64,000 bases of DNA, taken from IMG/VR virus record IMGVR_UViG_3300044971_004534. One strand, given 5' to 3'. Below are positions 1 to 10,227 of this stretch, in pieces. A program made the position numbers and the translations under genes. This stretch comes from a virus. The notes beneath the pieces were generated by a model. That model ran no database searches. It was not told where the DNA came from and saw only the letters and a program-made list of their open reading frames with translations. Position 1 is the first letter of the stretch; every line of letters begins with the position of its first letter.

Positions 1-1
1 T

Positions 2-2410
2 ACACCTGTTGCTATTTTAGAAAATGGGAATGATGATTTCGCTGTTGGTTTTGTTCATAAATTTGGTTCATCTTTAATAATAGGAACAAGATCAATAAGT
101 GGAATAAATTCAGGTAAAGTTTTTAAGACAACAGATATGCAAACTTTCACTGAGATTGCGGTGTTGCCTGGTTCTGGAGCTACCTGTGCGTTCTTGTCAG
201 CATTCGATCAGAATCTGTATATTGGCACAGATGCATCTTTGTCTTCAGATCCTAATGGTTCTATAGTTGTGTACAACGGAGAATCTGTTTCTGCATTCAA
301 GAACAGGCTAGATAAAGCAATAATTTCTTTGTCTGGGTTTGAGCGCTTCTTGTTTGCTGGCACTTATGACTCTGGCTATGTTTATAGAATAGATATAGCT
401 TCTGGAGTCGTAGAAATAATTCATGCTGACGCATCAGACACGATACTATCCTTGACCTCATTAGGGACTGCTATATTTGGGGGAACTTCTGGTAGGGGCG
501 TAATCATAAGAGCTAAAGATAATGATGCAGGTTTTATCGATTCGTTTAGAACCGTTCCATCTGATGTTAAAGTCATGAAAACATTACAACTTGCAGATGA
601 TTCATTTAGAATATACGCAGGTGTTGGAAATAAGCTTTACAGTTTTAGGAATACGTGGACTTTAGAAGGTACTGCGGAATCTGACATAAATGATTTTATA
701 GTTGACGAAAATGATAGACTTATTTTCTGTTCTAACAGGCAGGTCAAATCTGTGCAGCCAGAAGGCTCTCAAGAAAGAAAGGTATTTGTCAAGCTTATAG
801 ATAATGCAGGCAATGAGACAGATATCAGATCCTCTCCTGACGCTATTAGTCCTCCTGACGGCTATAATGATAATTTAACCTTAACTTTGACTTCTGAAGA
901 ATTATCTGCAACTTATTTGCAATCAAAGATGTTAGAGGTAAATGGTGATGGCAATATCACTTATTCTATAAATGGAGATGCTCCATTCTATTCTGCAGAA
1001 AGAATAATGAAAGAGACTGGTGTTTATACAAGTGAAATTTTCAATGGCACCACTGGACATGTTTCATGGGGCAGATTTTCATGGGATGGATTTGCTCCAA
1101 ATGGAACAGATATAAGATTCTATATTAGAGTTTCTAATTCTAGAAGTGAAATTGCAAATCAGCCATATACGCTTGAGATAAATCAAAATCAAAATAATAT
1201 AGATATATCTTTCTTGAATGGCCAGTATTTGCAGGTAAAAGTAGTAATGAGATCTTTGGTGGACATAAGCCCATACGTATCTAAAATTGTTATTACCAAT
1301 AACGCAGGCTCTGCAAGTCATTTCTTTACAAATACATTCCCACTACCTGCTAATGTTAAAAGAGGTATAATAACACTAGAAAAAGACTTACCCATCGGAT
1401 CAGATATTATTGTTGGAGTGTCTGGTAAAGATGCAACTGATTTTTCTCAGTATCAAATTATCCCTGAAAACAGAATATTTAGTTTTAATAATGATAATCA
1501 GGGTAAGTCTTTGAGGGTTGGATTTAGATTTGTATCTCCTCAAAACGTATCTGATGTACCTGCTGGAAGTGATTTGGGAAGTCTGCAAGGTTTGGGTAGC
1601 ATATTGTCCAATTCAGTATATTTTGATTTTGAAAACATAACAGGCAATACAAGACTTGTTGATTTTAAAGTTGATATTTTTGAAGATCAGAATATGGAGA
1701 TTTTAAATTCATCTTTTGACTCTTTGTCTTCTCCTCAGTTATTTCGAGTAAACGGCAATCCATTCCCTGGCGGTGGTGGAGTAAATGTTCCATCTGGATT
1801 TAAATACAGGTTCCATTTTATACCGTTTGGTGCAGAATTGTCTTGTGATACAAACTACTTTGTTAAAGTTTCTGTAATAGAAGGTACTGGTGTAAGTCAG
1901 TATGGTAGTTTAATACCATTTAGAAAAGTATGCGGAGTTAACTTTGTAAATGATATTACTTTTAATTATATTAATCAACAAAGTAATGTTCAAAATTTGC
2001 ATTTTGAAGTAGCTTTTTATGAGGATGAATTAAGACAAAGTTTGGTAAAATCTTATTCTACTCTTTATCCAGCAGCTAATTTTACTTATTTGGCAGACTT
2101 TTTTCAGTACCCACTTTCTGGACTTACACTAGAGCCGAATCAGTCTTCTGTAATTTCTTTGAGTTTTATTAATCAAGAAATATCAAAATTTGATCCAACA
2201 AAAACATATTATGTTACTGTTAGTTATTTTGATATAAATCAATCTGATACTGCAAGAAGTGTGGAATCTATGAACTACACTTTCCGTGTTGTTTATGTTG
2301 ATTCTAGTATAGCATGCGGATCTTCTTCTGGAGTGCCCATCTTAAGAGGATTTGCTTTTATGTTTGAATTAGAGGATGGGCGATTAATTAAATTTAACTA
2401 CTTATCATAA
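2..2410 (+). CDS. Large structural-like protein with N-terminal beta-propeller-like repeats; probably 5' truncated by the window edge
   Basis: The track gives ORF 137..2410, but the same frame is open with no stop from nt 2 (TPVAILENGNDDF...GKVFKTTD then M137). The CDS therefore likely starts upstream of the window. It has repeated blade-like motifs (LIIGTRS, LYIGTDAS, LFAGTYDSGYVY, IFGGTSGRGVI, IYAGVGNKLY). Its stop overlaps the next start (TAATG at 2408-2412). Confidence 0.8.
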   Translation, partial: TPVAILENGNDDFAVGFVHKFGSSLIIGTRSISGINSGKVFKTTDMQTFTEIAVLPGSGATCAFLSAFDQNLYIGTDASLSSDPNGSIVVYNGESVSAFKNRLDKAIISLSGFERFLFAGTYDSGYVYRIDIASGVVEIIHADASDTILSLTSLGTAIFGGTSGRGVIIRAKDNDAGFIDSFRTVPSDVKVMKTLQLADDSFRIYAGVGNKLYSFRNTWTLEGTAESDINDFIVDENDRLIFCSNRQVKSVQPEGSQERKVFVKLIDNAGNETDIRSSPDAISPPDGYNDNLTLTLTSEELSATYLQSKMLEVNGDGNITYSINGDAPFYSAERIMKETGVYTSEIFNGTTGHVSWGRFSWDGFAPNGTDIRFYIRVSNSRSEIANQPYTLEINQNQNNIDISFLNGQYLQVKVVMRSLVDISPYVSKIVITNNAGSASHFFTNTFPLPANVKRGIITLEKDLPIGSDIIVGVSGKDATDFSQYQIIPENRIFSFNNDNQGKSLRVGFRFVSPQNVSDVPAGSDLGSLQGLGSILSNSVYFDFENITGNTRLVDFKVDIFEDQNMEILNSSFDSLSSPQLFRVNGNPFPGGGGVNVPSGFKYRFHFIPFGAELSCDTNYFVKVSVIEGTGVSQYGSLIPFRKVCGVNFVNDITFNYINQQSNVQNLHFEVAFYEDELRQSLVKSYSTLYPAANFTYLADFFQYPLSGLTLEPNQSSVISLSFINQEISKFDPTKTYYVTVSYFDINQSDTARSVESMNYTFRVVYVDSSIACGSSSGVPILRGFAFMFELEDGRLIKFNYLS

Positions 2411-5400
2411 TGCCATTTTATACTGAAAAATTTAATTTGCCATTTTTTTCTCGAGGAGAGATATACTCTGCATCTAAAGACAGAAAAAGATTTGAAATTA
2501 TTGATGAAGAGTTGTCATATTTATCTTCATTGATAGGTTCTGGAGTGGTAAATGGTTTAGAGGTTATAAAAATTTCGAATAGTCAAGTCCAGGTCAAATC
2601 AGGATTATTTTGCATAGACGGGAAAATGTATAGCAATTCAGTTGACCAAATACTTGAAGTTGGATCTGTGGGTTCTAATTATGTAAGAATAAATAATGGC
2701 TCTTCAAATGCCTTAATATTTGGAAGATCAAGTAATATCGCAGAAATTAGTTATACAGATACAGGAATAGATGCACTAATAGAAAATGTTGAATTTGAAT
2801 CAATCACTCCATACAGTGTAAAAATTAACATTATTTCTTTACTACCTGCTGATTCTAAAAAAATAAGAGCATACAGGTCTATTGATAATAGTTTTAACTC
2901 TGCTGTACCTATTGCCGCCATCGATTATCCATCTGTTGAATTTAATGATGAAGAAATTAATGCTGGTACAAATTATTACTATTGGTTTACAATAGAAGAT
3001 ATAAATGGTTTTGTATCAGAAGTTTCAAGTTCTTTTTTGTACACTAGTCCTTCTGATCTATCCATCCCAGACGTACCTTCTTCTTTAAAATGTTTTCCTG
3101 CTCATAGAAGTATTTGTGTAAATTGGAAGCATTCTTTTAGTAAAAATATTGATTATTACTATTTGACCCTAGTTCAGTCTGGTATTGTACAGGAAAGAGT
3201 AGTTCCAAAAAACATAAATCATGTTATATTTTCTAACTTAAAAAATGGTATTGCTTGCAATATTTCTATAAAAGCCATTAGTGCTTTTGGCATTGAGTCA
3301 TCTGAGGCTACTATTAGTGCTGTTCCAAGCTTTCATCCAGGAGCTAGGGATGCAGATTCTATTTACGGTGTGTTTTCTCCTGCGGTAGTAGAAAATACAG
3401 TGCGTTCTTTTATAGACATAACTTGGTCAGATCCGGTTATTGATCCTTCTTTGCAAGATCTTTCTGTTGGAGAGTTAAAAGAGCTTGAAGGCTTTGTTGT
3501 AAGTGTGCGTTATCAGGTCTGGGAATTAAGAGTTAATGGTACTTTTTCAATACAAGGAGAGCCTACGGAGGCTTTTATTCCTAATCAGATTAGATTTTCA
3601 AGTTATACAAGAAAGAACTCTCAAAATCAAATTGTTAACGAACCGCTTAAAGATAACACGAGTTATTTAATAAAGTTAACACGCGTTGTTAACGGCATGG
3701 AAAGTGTTGGAAGATATATAACTGTTGGAACTGGAGATGTTACGCCTCCATCAAAAGCTTTCAATATTTCTGGATCTTTACAAAACGATAGTACTATACT
3801 TTTTACGTGGTCTGTTGATAAAATATCTGAAATATTAAAACAAAAAGTTATAGTAAAAAGCGCACCTATAATTAGTACAACTTATAATTATGCTGGGTCT
3901 ACTTCAACTGGTATTAGATTTGAATCCATCACAAGCACTGGTGCTCAATCTGGAACTGCTATATCTGCTATATTTGAAGAAGATCCACCTTTTAAAATAG
4001 GATTTACTGGATCTTATATTACATGCAAAATAGATAAAGAAAGGATTCAGTCACTAAATAATAGTGCTTCTGTAGCTGGTTTTTCTAGTGTGTCTATTGA
4101 CATATTATCTGCATCAGAAGATATTTTAATATCTACAGAAAACAAAAATCTTGTTGACGTGATTGAGGAATTTAACTCAATACCTGCTGTGTTAAAGATA
4201 ACTTTTATTCCAGGATCTGGCTTTTCTAAATCTTTACTTGTTACGCCTGCACAATGTTTTGAGATACAAAATGCATCTTCATATTCTGATGAAGAAATAT
4301 TATTTGATAGACTACTGCCATCTGAACCCGCAAATTTCACGCCTGGAGTTGCTGAAGGGTATGGAGACGCTATTTCATATACAAGAGAATTGCTTTTGCT
4401 AAACAGTGGACTTTCTATATCTGATATACAGAAAAATGTCACCGTTGGCGAATATCAGCTCCAAATTTCTGAAGAAATAGGAAATAGTACTTCTTATGTT
4501 TTGCCTTATAGCTATGTTGTTCCAGATCGGCGCTATCATATAGCTGTTTCTTTGTATGATTTTTCTGGTAACGAAAGTGCAATTGCCGAGTATTATTTTG
4601 ATACTCCAAGTCCTTGGCAAATAGATCCAGAAACATCTCCTATGATGCAGGTAGTTTCAGCGCAGGACGGTTTCTTAAAAGTATCTTGGATTCCTTCGCC
4701 CTCTCAATATGTGTCTCAATATAAAGTATATAGAATTAATATTGGGCTAACGGACTCTTTAAGCTTCCAAAATGAAAGAAATGCTATCTGGGACTACGTT
4801 GGGCATGTTGATTCTTCAGATCATGAATTTATAGATTACTCTGTTATCCCTGGAAATTACTATATTTATAGGGTAGTTACGGTCGGTCTTTTAGGTCAGG
4901 TGTCTCCTATATTTTTTGGATTAATGGAAAACGATTCAACTACATCAGTCAAGAGGGCTAATAAATTAACTGGTGAAGAATTTACTCCTTCAATATCTAT
5001 AGCACAAAATAATAATGACATCCTCGTAAGCGTAAATACTCAAAGCGGAGATTTTGACGGATTTCAAATATATAGAAGTTTTAATATGGAAGAATTTAAG
5101 TTGATTGGATCTTTGTCAACTGGTGAATATCAATTTTTAGATCGCGGAGCTTTGCTGAAAAGTGGCTCTTATAGGTACCTCGCTATACCAGTTACCACTC
5201 AATCTTCTTTGATAATTACAAATGATGAAAATATATCAGACGGTATACTGTTGGCAGAAGTTGTTTTAGGCTTGAATTCATTAGATATTATTGACAGAAG
5301 ATCTTCTGTATTGCTTGGCTCTTCTGCCGTAACTCCTGAACTTAACAAGAAAATATCTGACCATAGGCATTTTGCATATTCTGAAGATGTTGATATGCGT

Positions 5401-7956
5401 GTATCTTTAAGCGATGAATATGTATTCACTTCATTTAATTCTGATAACTATCAAAGATTTTTTATTATTGATCGCATTCCAAAATTGCCAAATAATTTTG
5501 AAGTCGTAGTTCTTTTAAATAGTGAAGTGTCTTCTATTAATTATGAGTTTTTGCCGGATAGAAAATTGTTAAAATTTGCATCTCAATTAGCGCCTTTAGA
5601 AGGTCAGGAAAAAACTACTCAATTATTTGATTCTCTTCCCGACATTAAATTGATTATATATTGTGATGGAGAAGTAGGCGGAGATCTTTCTAAGGACAGA
5701 CTGAGTTCAGTTTTTGCTCAGCAAATTTCTTCAGGTAAAATAAAGCCAAATAGTATTCCAGATATCAATCACTCTGGTATATACGGAGAAAAAATGTCAG
5801 CTTTAGATTGTATTGCGGAGTCGGTAGATGGTTTTAAATTTTTAGTGACCAGAAATGAGAATAGAAATTACTTGCTATTTAATCAGCAAAATAATACTTT
5901 GTCTGAAATGTCAGATTTTGAATTTAATGACTTAGAACTATCAGATGGATTTTTGTCTAAAGTTGGTTTTCCTCTAAACAAGACAAGGCACTATCTTGTT
6001 TATGACGCATTTAATATACCTGGAACTGAAAATTTTATATTTTCAACAAGTCGTGGCGTTTACTACTATTGGCAAAATGGAGATTCATTTTCTACAAGTC
6101 TTATAGTTTCTTCTGAACCACCACAAGATTCTGGCCCATGTCATAAGATTGTGTATATGCCAATATCTAAATCTATATATTGCCTAAATTTTAGAAGTTT
6201 TGACATTTTAAAAGTTTCTGCAAATGGAGGGATTGCGTTAACATATGCTCAGCAAGCATTAAACTTTAACGCGCATGTGTTTAGAGATGCGGTTGAATTA
6301 AATGATGGCACTGTATTTATAAGCTCTGACATAGGTGTTTTTAGAGTGAAAACATCTGACAATGTAAATTATCAAAGTAACAACGAGTCATTTTTTGGTG
6401 ATGTTGCAAATATTAAAATAGATCAAATTGGTTTTTTCTCAGGATCTAGTACTGAAATATATGGAATGTGGACAGATGATTCTGGTTCTGTTGTTTATAT
6501 TAGTACGGAATTCGGAATATTTTATTCTACAGATAAGGGGGATCTTTTTGTAAAAGATACTGCATTAAGAAAAACTCCTATTCTATATCACATAATAAAG
6601 TATCAAAGTGTGCTATTTGCAGTTGGAGAAAGTGGTATTTATAGAAAAAGAACAAATGAAAATGAGTTTAAGAGAATATTTTATGATGATACATTTTCTT
6701 TCAAAAGAATAGTAGTCAAATATGGAAAATTACTGGTTACCACAAACGATGGTGTTTATGCAAGTGAAAGTTTAGTTAAATGTAAATATAACGAATCTGT
6801 AAGCTTGTATCCCATAGATTTGGAAAATGCAGAGAGTGGATTGCGTAAGCTCGTTTATTCGTTAGTCCCATTTGGTCCCTATCTTGTAGCATGTTTAGAG
6901 GGGAAAACAAAAATTATATATAATCTGGACAGATACGCAGATCACGTTGATTTTTCATCTACAATTACTATATTTGGTCACGACGATTTCCCGACTGTTA
7001 CTGTTAACGGTAAGCCAGAAAATATTCATGTGTATTTTCAATATAATTCAGACGGTACAAAAAATGATTGTTTGTTTTTTGACAAATTTATAGATCAAGA
7101 AAAGTCTGTTCGTGTAATACGACAGTATGCTTCTTTTAAACTTCCCTCTGGGGGTTGGGCTAGAAGAGATTTTGCTGCGACTTGCATACTGTATAAAAAC
7201 AATTCTGATCTTAATGAGGGAAGTAGGGCGCATAAGCCATTTAACCAGCTTGCATATTATGCTGACATATCTCATGCCTTAAATGATAAGGTAGCCAACA
7301 TAGTATCTGTGGAGTCTGGCATAGAGGATGTAAAATCTCATGCCCTTTACATGATGACTAACACTGTAGATAATGATGGAAATATTACTGAATTGGGAGT
7401 TCATCGTTTTACTAGAAATAATATTAGAATCATGATTGACAAGATTGATCAGGTGAATGCAAACATTTATGACGATACTGATGCTTCTAACATGGGTATT
7501 TTGAGTTCTTTGAGATTGCCTTACATGAATTTGCAGGTTGATTTTATATCTAATGTGTTGCCAAGTCCATATGGGGTATCAGTGGAACGTCTTAACGAAT
7601 TAGGAATTATTTCTCAGTCTTATTCAGAGCCTTCATATACAGGAACTCTTGGGACATATGACCCAGAAGACCCAAATTATTTGTTGCCTAATATTCCATT
7701 GACAACTCCTATAGATGGCACTGATGAGCCTAATTACGAGATAAGCGATGAGGATGCATTCTCTGACAGTCTAGAAGTTCCATATAGTGGATATTATGGC
7801 AGTAATAACGCTGGCGTAGCTGGATTCTCTTGGATTGGTGGTCGCAATAGACCATCTGGCACCGTAGAGCCTCCAGAGGGTGGAGACTTTGGATGTCGTT
7901 ATAATTGTGACGATGATTCTGGCGGAAGCGGTCCTGGTGGTGGAGGGTTAGGATAA
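2410..7956 (+). CDS. 1848-aa structural-like protein: FN3-like array, Asp-box-like propeller, Gly-rich C-terminus
   Basis: This is an uninterrupted 1848-codon frame in AT-rich DNA, with TAATG overlaps at both ends. The domain motifs are listed in the sub-features below. The C-terminus is ...GGSGPGGGGLG. Confidence 0.9.
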   Translation: MPFYTEKFNLPFFSRGEIYSASKDRKRFEIIDEELSYLSSLIGSGVVNGLEVIKISNSQVQVKSGLFCIDGKMYSNSVDQILEVGSVGSNYVRINNGSSNALIFGRSSNIAEISYTDTGIDALIENVEFESITPYSVKINIISLLPADSKKIRAYRSIDNSFNSAVPIAAIDYPSVEFNDEEINAGTNYYYWFTIEDINGFVSEVSSSFLYTSPSDLSIPDVPSSLKCFPAHRSICVNWKHSFSKNIDYYYLTLVQSGIVQERVVPKNINHVIFSNLKNGIACNISIKAISAFGIESSEATISAVPSFHPGARDADSIYGVFSPAVVENTVRSFIDITWSDPVIDPSLQDLSVGELKELEGFVVSVRYQVWELRVNGTFSIQGEPTEAFIPNQIRFSSYTRKNSQNQIVNEPLKDNTSYLIKLTRVVNGMESVGRYITVGTGDVTPPSKAFNISGSLQNDSTILFTWSVDKISEILKQKVIVKSAPIISTTYNYAGSTSTGIRFESITSTGAQSGTAISAIFEEDPPFKIGFTGSYITCKIDKERIQSLNNSASVAGFSSVSIDILSASEDILISTENKNLVDVIEEFNSIPAVLKITFIPGSGFSKSLLVTPAQCFEIQNASSYSDEEILFDRLLPSEPANFTPGVAEGYGDAISYTRELLLLNSGLSISDIQKNVTVGEYQLQISEEIGNSTSYVLPYSYVVPDRRYHIAVSLYDFSGNESAIAEYYFDTPSPWQIDPETSPMMQVVSAQDGFLKVSWIPSPSQYVSQYKVYRINIGLTDSLSFQNERNAIWDYVGHVDSSDHEFIDYSVIPGNYYIYRVVTVGLLGQVSPIFFGLMENDSTTSVKRANKLTGEEFTPSISIAQNNNDILVSVNTQSGDFDGFQIYRSFNMEEFKLIGSLSTGEYQFLDRGALLKSGSYRYLAIPVTTQSSLIITNDENISDGILLAEVVLGLNSLDIIDRRSSVLLGSSAVTPELNKKISDHRHFAYSEDVDMRVSLSDEYVFTSFNSDNYQRFFIIDRIPKLPNNFEVVVLLNSEVSSINYEFLPDRKLLKFASQLAPLEGQEKTTQLFDSLPDIKLIIYCDGEVGGDLSKDRLSSVFAQQISSGKIKPNSIPDINHSGIYGEKMSALDCIAESVDGFKFLVTRNENRNYLLFNQQNNTLSEMSDFEFNDLELSDGFLSKVGFPLNKTRHYLVYDAFNIPGTENFIFSTSRGVYYYWQNGDSFSTSLIVSSEPPQDSGPCHKIVYMPISKSIYCLNFRSFDILKVSANGGIALTYAQQALNFNAHVFRDAVELNDGTVFISSDIGVFRVKTSDNVNYQSNNESFFGDVANIKIDQIGFFSGSSTEIYGMWTDDSGSVVYISTEFGIFYSTDKGDLFVKDTALRKTPILYHIIKYQSVLFAVGESGIYRKRTNENEFKRIFYDDTFSFKRIVVKYGKLLVTTNDGVYASESLVKCKYNESVSLYPIDLENAESGLRKLVYSLVPFGPYLVACLEGKTKIIYNLDRYADHVDFSSTITIFGHDDFPTVTVNGKPENIHVYFQYNSDGTKNDCLFFDKFIDQEKSVRVIRQYASFKLPSGGWARRDFAATCILYKNNSDLNEGSRAHKPFNQLAYYADISHALNDKVANIVSVESGIEDVKSHALYMMTNTVDNDGNITELGVHRFTRNNIRIMIDKIDQVNANIYDDTDASNMGILSSLRLPYMNLQVDFISNVLPSPYGVSVERLNELGIISQSYSEPSYTGTLGTYDPEDPNYLLPNIPLTTPIDGTDEPNYEISDEDAFSDSLEVPYSGYYGSNNAGVAGFSWIGGRNRPSGTVEPPEGGDFGCRYNCDDDSGGSGPGGGGLG
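2800..5200 (+). other. FN3-like domain array (about 4-5 copies) inside the 1848-aa ORF
   Basis: A recurrent FN3-like signature is present. Examples are SICVNWKHS...YYYLTL...ISIKAISAFGIESS, FLKVSWIPS...YKVYRI...YYIYRVVTVGLLGQVSP, FDGFQIYRS...YRYLAIPVT and IRAYRS...YYYWFTIEDINGFVSEVS. Confidence 0.55.
5990..6790 (+). other. Asp-box/BNR-like beta-propeller repeats
   Basis: The blades are FSTSRGVYYYWQNGDSF, FISSDIGVFRVKTSDN, YISTEFGIFYSTDKGDLF (matches SxDxGxxF/W), FAVGESGIYRKRTNENEF and LVTTNDGVYASESL. Confidence 0.45.
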
Positions 7957-8597
7957 TGCCTGGTCCTGGAGGAGGTTCCAATACCGGTGGCGGAGGAGGT
8001 CAGGATGCTGGCTTTGGAGGATTTACGTCCTATCAAGCACTTGTAGATGCTGTAGTAAGCTGGACTCCAAAGTTGACAAGAATATTTCTTTCTAGATATC
8101 AGGGAAAGTATAGGGCTTGGGATTCTGCTTCTGCATTAGCAGCTGGCGCTCCTCAGCTACCCTCTAGTAGTACTTCTTCTGAGCAGTCTATACTTCAACA
8201 GTGGTCTGCTTTGACCGAAAAGCAAAGAATATCAATACTTCAATTTATTTTATCTTTTAGGGTTGGAGGTAGAGGTTGCACTAGGAAATACAATAGGCCA
8301 TATGTAGAGTGTGAAAAAGTAGTGACATATCAGGGAAAAAGTATATGTACAAGATACAAAACTGGACAAAATAAAGATATTTGTGATCAAGCTTCAGCTC
8401 CTGCTATTTGTAAAAAAGTAATAGCTACTTGGCAAGAAGTCGCTACTTGTGAATCTTTTTCTGATGAAGCAACGGATCAGTTTTTTGCCTGGTTATCATC
8501 TAAGTTTTCTAATGATTCTTACGCTAAAATAGCTCAAAAAAGTTTAGATGATCTTTATCTTAATGGGGTGCCGAGAAAAAGGAAAGACATACAATGA
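7956..8597 (+). CDS. 213-aa hypothetical protein with a Gly-rich N-terminus and a Cys-rich centre
   Basis: The ATG overlaps the upstream stop (TAATG). GGAGG at 7942-7946 lies 9 nt upstream of the ATG. The N-terminus is MPGPGGGSNTGGGGGQDAGFGG, and there are 8 Cys in the central/C-terminal part. No family is recognised. Confidence 0.7.
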   Translation: MPGPGGGSNTGGGGGQDAGFGGFTSYQALVDAVVSWTPKLTRIFLSRYQGKYRAWDSASALAAGAPQLPSSSTSSEQSILQQWSALTEKQRISILQFILSFRVGGRGCTRKYNRPYVECEKVVTYQGKSICTRYKTGQNKDICDQASAPAICKKVIATWQEVATCESFSDEATDQFFAWLSSKFSNDSYAKIAQKSLDDLYLNGVPRKRKDIQ

Positions 8598-10219
8598 ATT
8601 ATCCTATTGATGAAAGACCAATATATGGAGCTACTGCCATGTCCAGTAATAGGGTTTATCATGCTATTGCATCTTTAGATAAAAACGGATTTAATGTTGC
8701 TGGAAGAAAAAATAGCGATGCTTTTTATCAGGTTGGCAAAGGTGGATCTTTATCTGTATTGTTTTCTAATTACAAATCCGATTGCGGTATACACTATGTA
8801 AATTTTGAAGGAACAGTACCAATCTTTTTAGATCTACAGCGTCTTCATCATTCTTATAATGAAGTTACCAATTCTGACTTAGCTATCAATGGTATTGCAA
8901 CTAGCGTTAGTTACTTGATCTCTGGCAATTCTTATTGTTTAAGATATCCAAAAAGCTTTGGTAAAATATTATTTGAAAAAAATAATAATTATTTTTATAT
9001 TGACGAACTTTTAGAAAAAGATAATTATTACGAAATTATCATTCATCCAAGATCTGTCGCTAAATTTACATTTACAGTATCATTTCAAAATTTACCATTA
9101 GTATCTTTAAGATTTAATATATTTAAGCCGAAGCAGATAGATTCTGAAACATTAACATTAAAGCATTACTTAAATTTTTATAATTTTACATTAGAAAATG
9201 ATAAGTGGTTGTTGGATTCACCTTCAAAAATGGTGGTGACATTAAATGAAAAGAGTCAATACTCTTATTTTAAAACAAGTGGAGACAAAAATTGTTTTTA
9301 TATTAATGGATATAATTCTCCCATAGTGATTTTTGCTTATGATAAGCAGTATGTAATAGAAAATCAAAATAAAAAAGATAGTCCTTTTTATTTTGATTTC
9401 TATTCAGAGGGCATGTATAAAAAACCATATAATGATTTTGACAATGATATAAACACTGACAGATTAAATTTATTTTTTGTTTTTAAAAGTATGACAGATG
9501 CCTTTAGTCGTAGTTATGAAAATTTAGATATAGATCCATACATAGATTTAGATTTTGATAGAGCTGTAGCTTATGATCCAGATAATATGTATTATGCGTG
9601 TTCAAACAAGCGTTATGCTGGTAATAAAATTTATATAGGGAAAAAAAGTATATCTTATATTACTGGAATGTATGGCATGGTTGCTCCAGATTCTAAAAAA
9701 ATTACATTTGCTGATTCTGGTTCATATATTGTTTATGACTATTTTGAACACGTGTGTGGCAAAGTTATGAATGTAGAAGTTATTGATTATTCAACAAGAG
9801 TAATTACGTCTCAAGATGAAATATCTTCTATTGCTCTATCTAGTAAAGATTTTGTTTTTGTTGATCAAAAATCTAGTAATTTGTATTTGTCTTTAATAGG
9901 AGACATGTTTTCGAGTATAGATGAATTTGCAGCTTATGTAGTTTCTGGTGGTATTCCACCAGGGTTGCCACAGAGTGGCAATGTAACGATTAAGATTAAT
10001 ACTGCTTATTTTGAAGCAAATAAAAGCAGTTCTAGTCTTTTTGCTTATAACTATATGAAATATAAAACAGATTTATCAAATTTAAGTGATAATGATTTTT
10101 ATAATTATATGTATTCAGATATTGATATTTACATTAAAAAAATAGTATCTGTATTAAAGTCTTATAGAGTGTTTGAAGTTAATGTGGAATTCGAGAAAAC
10201 AAGTACTGCAAAAAGGTGA
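8594..10219 (+). CDS. 541-aa hypothetical protein (N/K/Y/F-rich)
   Basis: This is a long open frame with an ATGA overlap to the upstream gene and an AGGAA-like SD about 9 nt upstream. No family is recognised. Confidence 0.75.
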   Translation: MNYPIDERPIYGATAMSSNRVYHAIASLDKNGFNVAGRKNSDAFYQVGKGGSLSVLFSNYKSDCGIHYVNFEGTVPIFLDLQRLHHSYNEVTNSDLAINGIATSVSYLISGNSYCLRYPKSFGKILFEKNNNYFYIDELLEKDNYYEIIIHPRSVAKFTFTVSFQNLPLVSLRFNIFKPKQIDSETLTLKHYLNFYNFTLENDKWLLDSPSKMVVTLNEKSQYSYFKTSGDKNCFYINGYNSPIVIFAYDKQYVIENQNKKDSPFYFDFYSEGMYKKPYNDFDNDINTDRLNLFFVFKSMTDAFSRSYENLDIDPYIDLDFDRAVAYDPDNMYYACSNKRYAGNKIYIGKKSISYITGMYGMVAPDSKKITFADSGSYIVYDYFEHVCGKVMNVEVIDYSTRVITSQDEISSIALSSKDFVFVDQKSSNLYLSLIGDMFSSIDEFAAYVVSGGIPPGLPQSGNVTIKINTAYFEANKSSSSLFAYNYMKYKTDLSNLSDNDFYNYMYSDIDIYIKKIVSVLKSYRVFEVNVEFEKTSTAKR

Positions 10220-10227
10220 TTTTATAC

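Noticed and set aside
7930-8030. Programmed -1 frameshift or recent gene split at the 1848-aa/213-aa junction, since both sides are Gly-rich (GSGPGGGGLG stop, then MPGPGGGSNTGGGGGQ) and the downstream frame is -1
   Set aside because: There is no X-XXY-YYZ slippery heptamer or downstream structure near the stop. A good SD (GGAGG at 7942) plus the TAATG overlap explains independent coupled initiation. The Gly-rich symmetry is noted but is insufficient evidence for a fusion.
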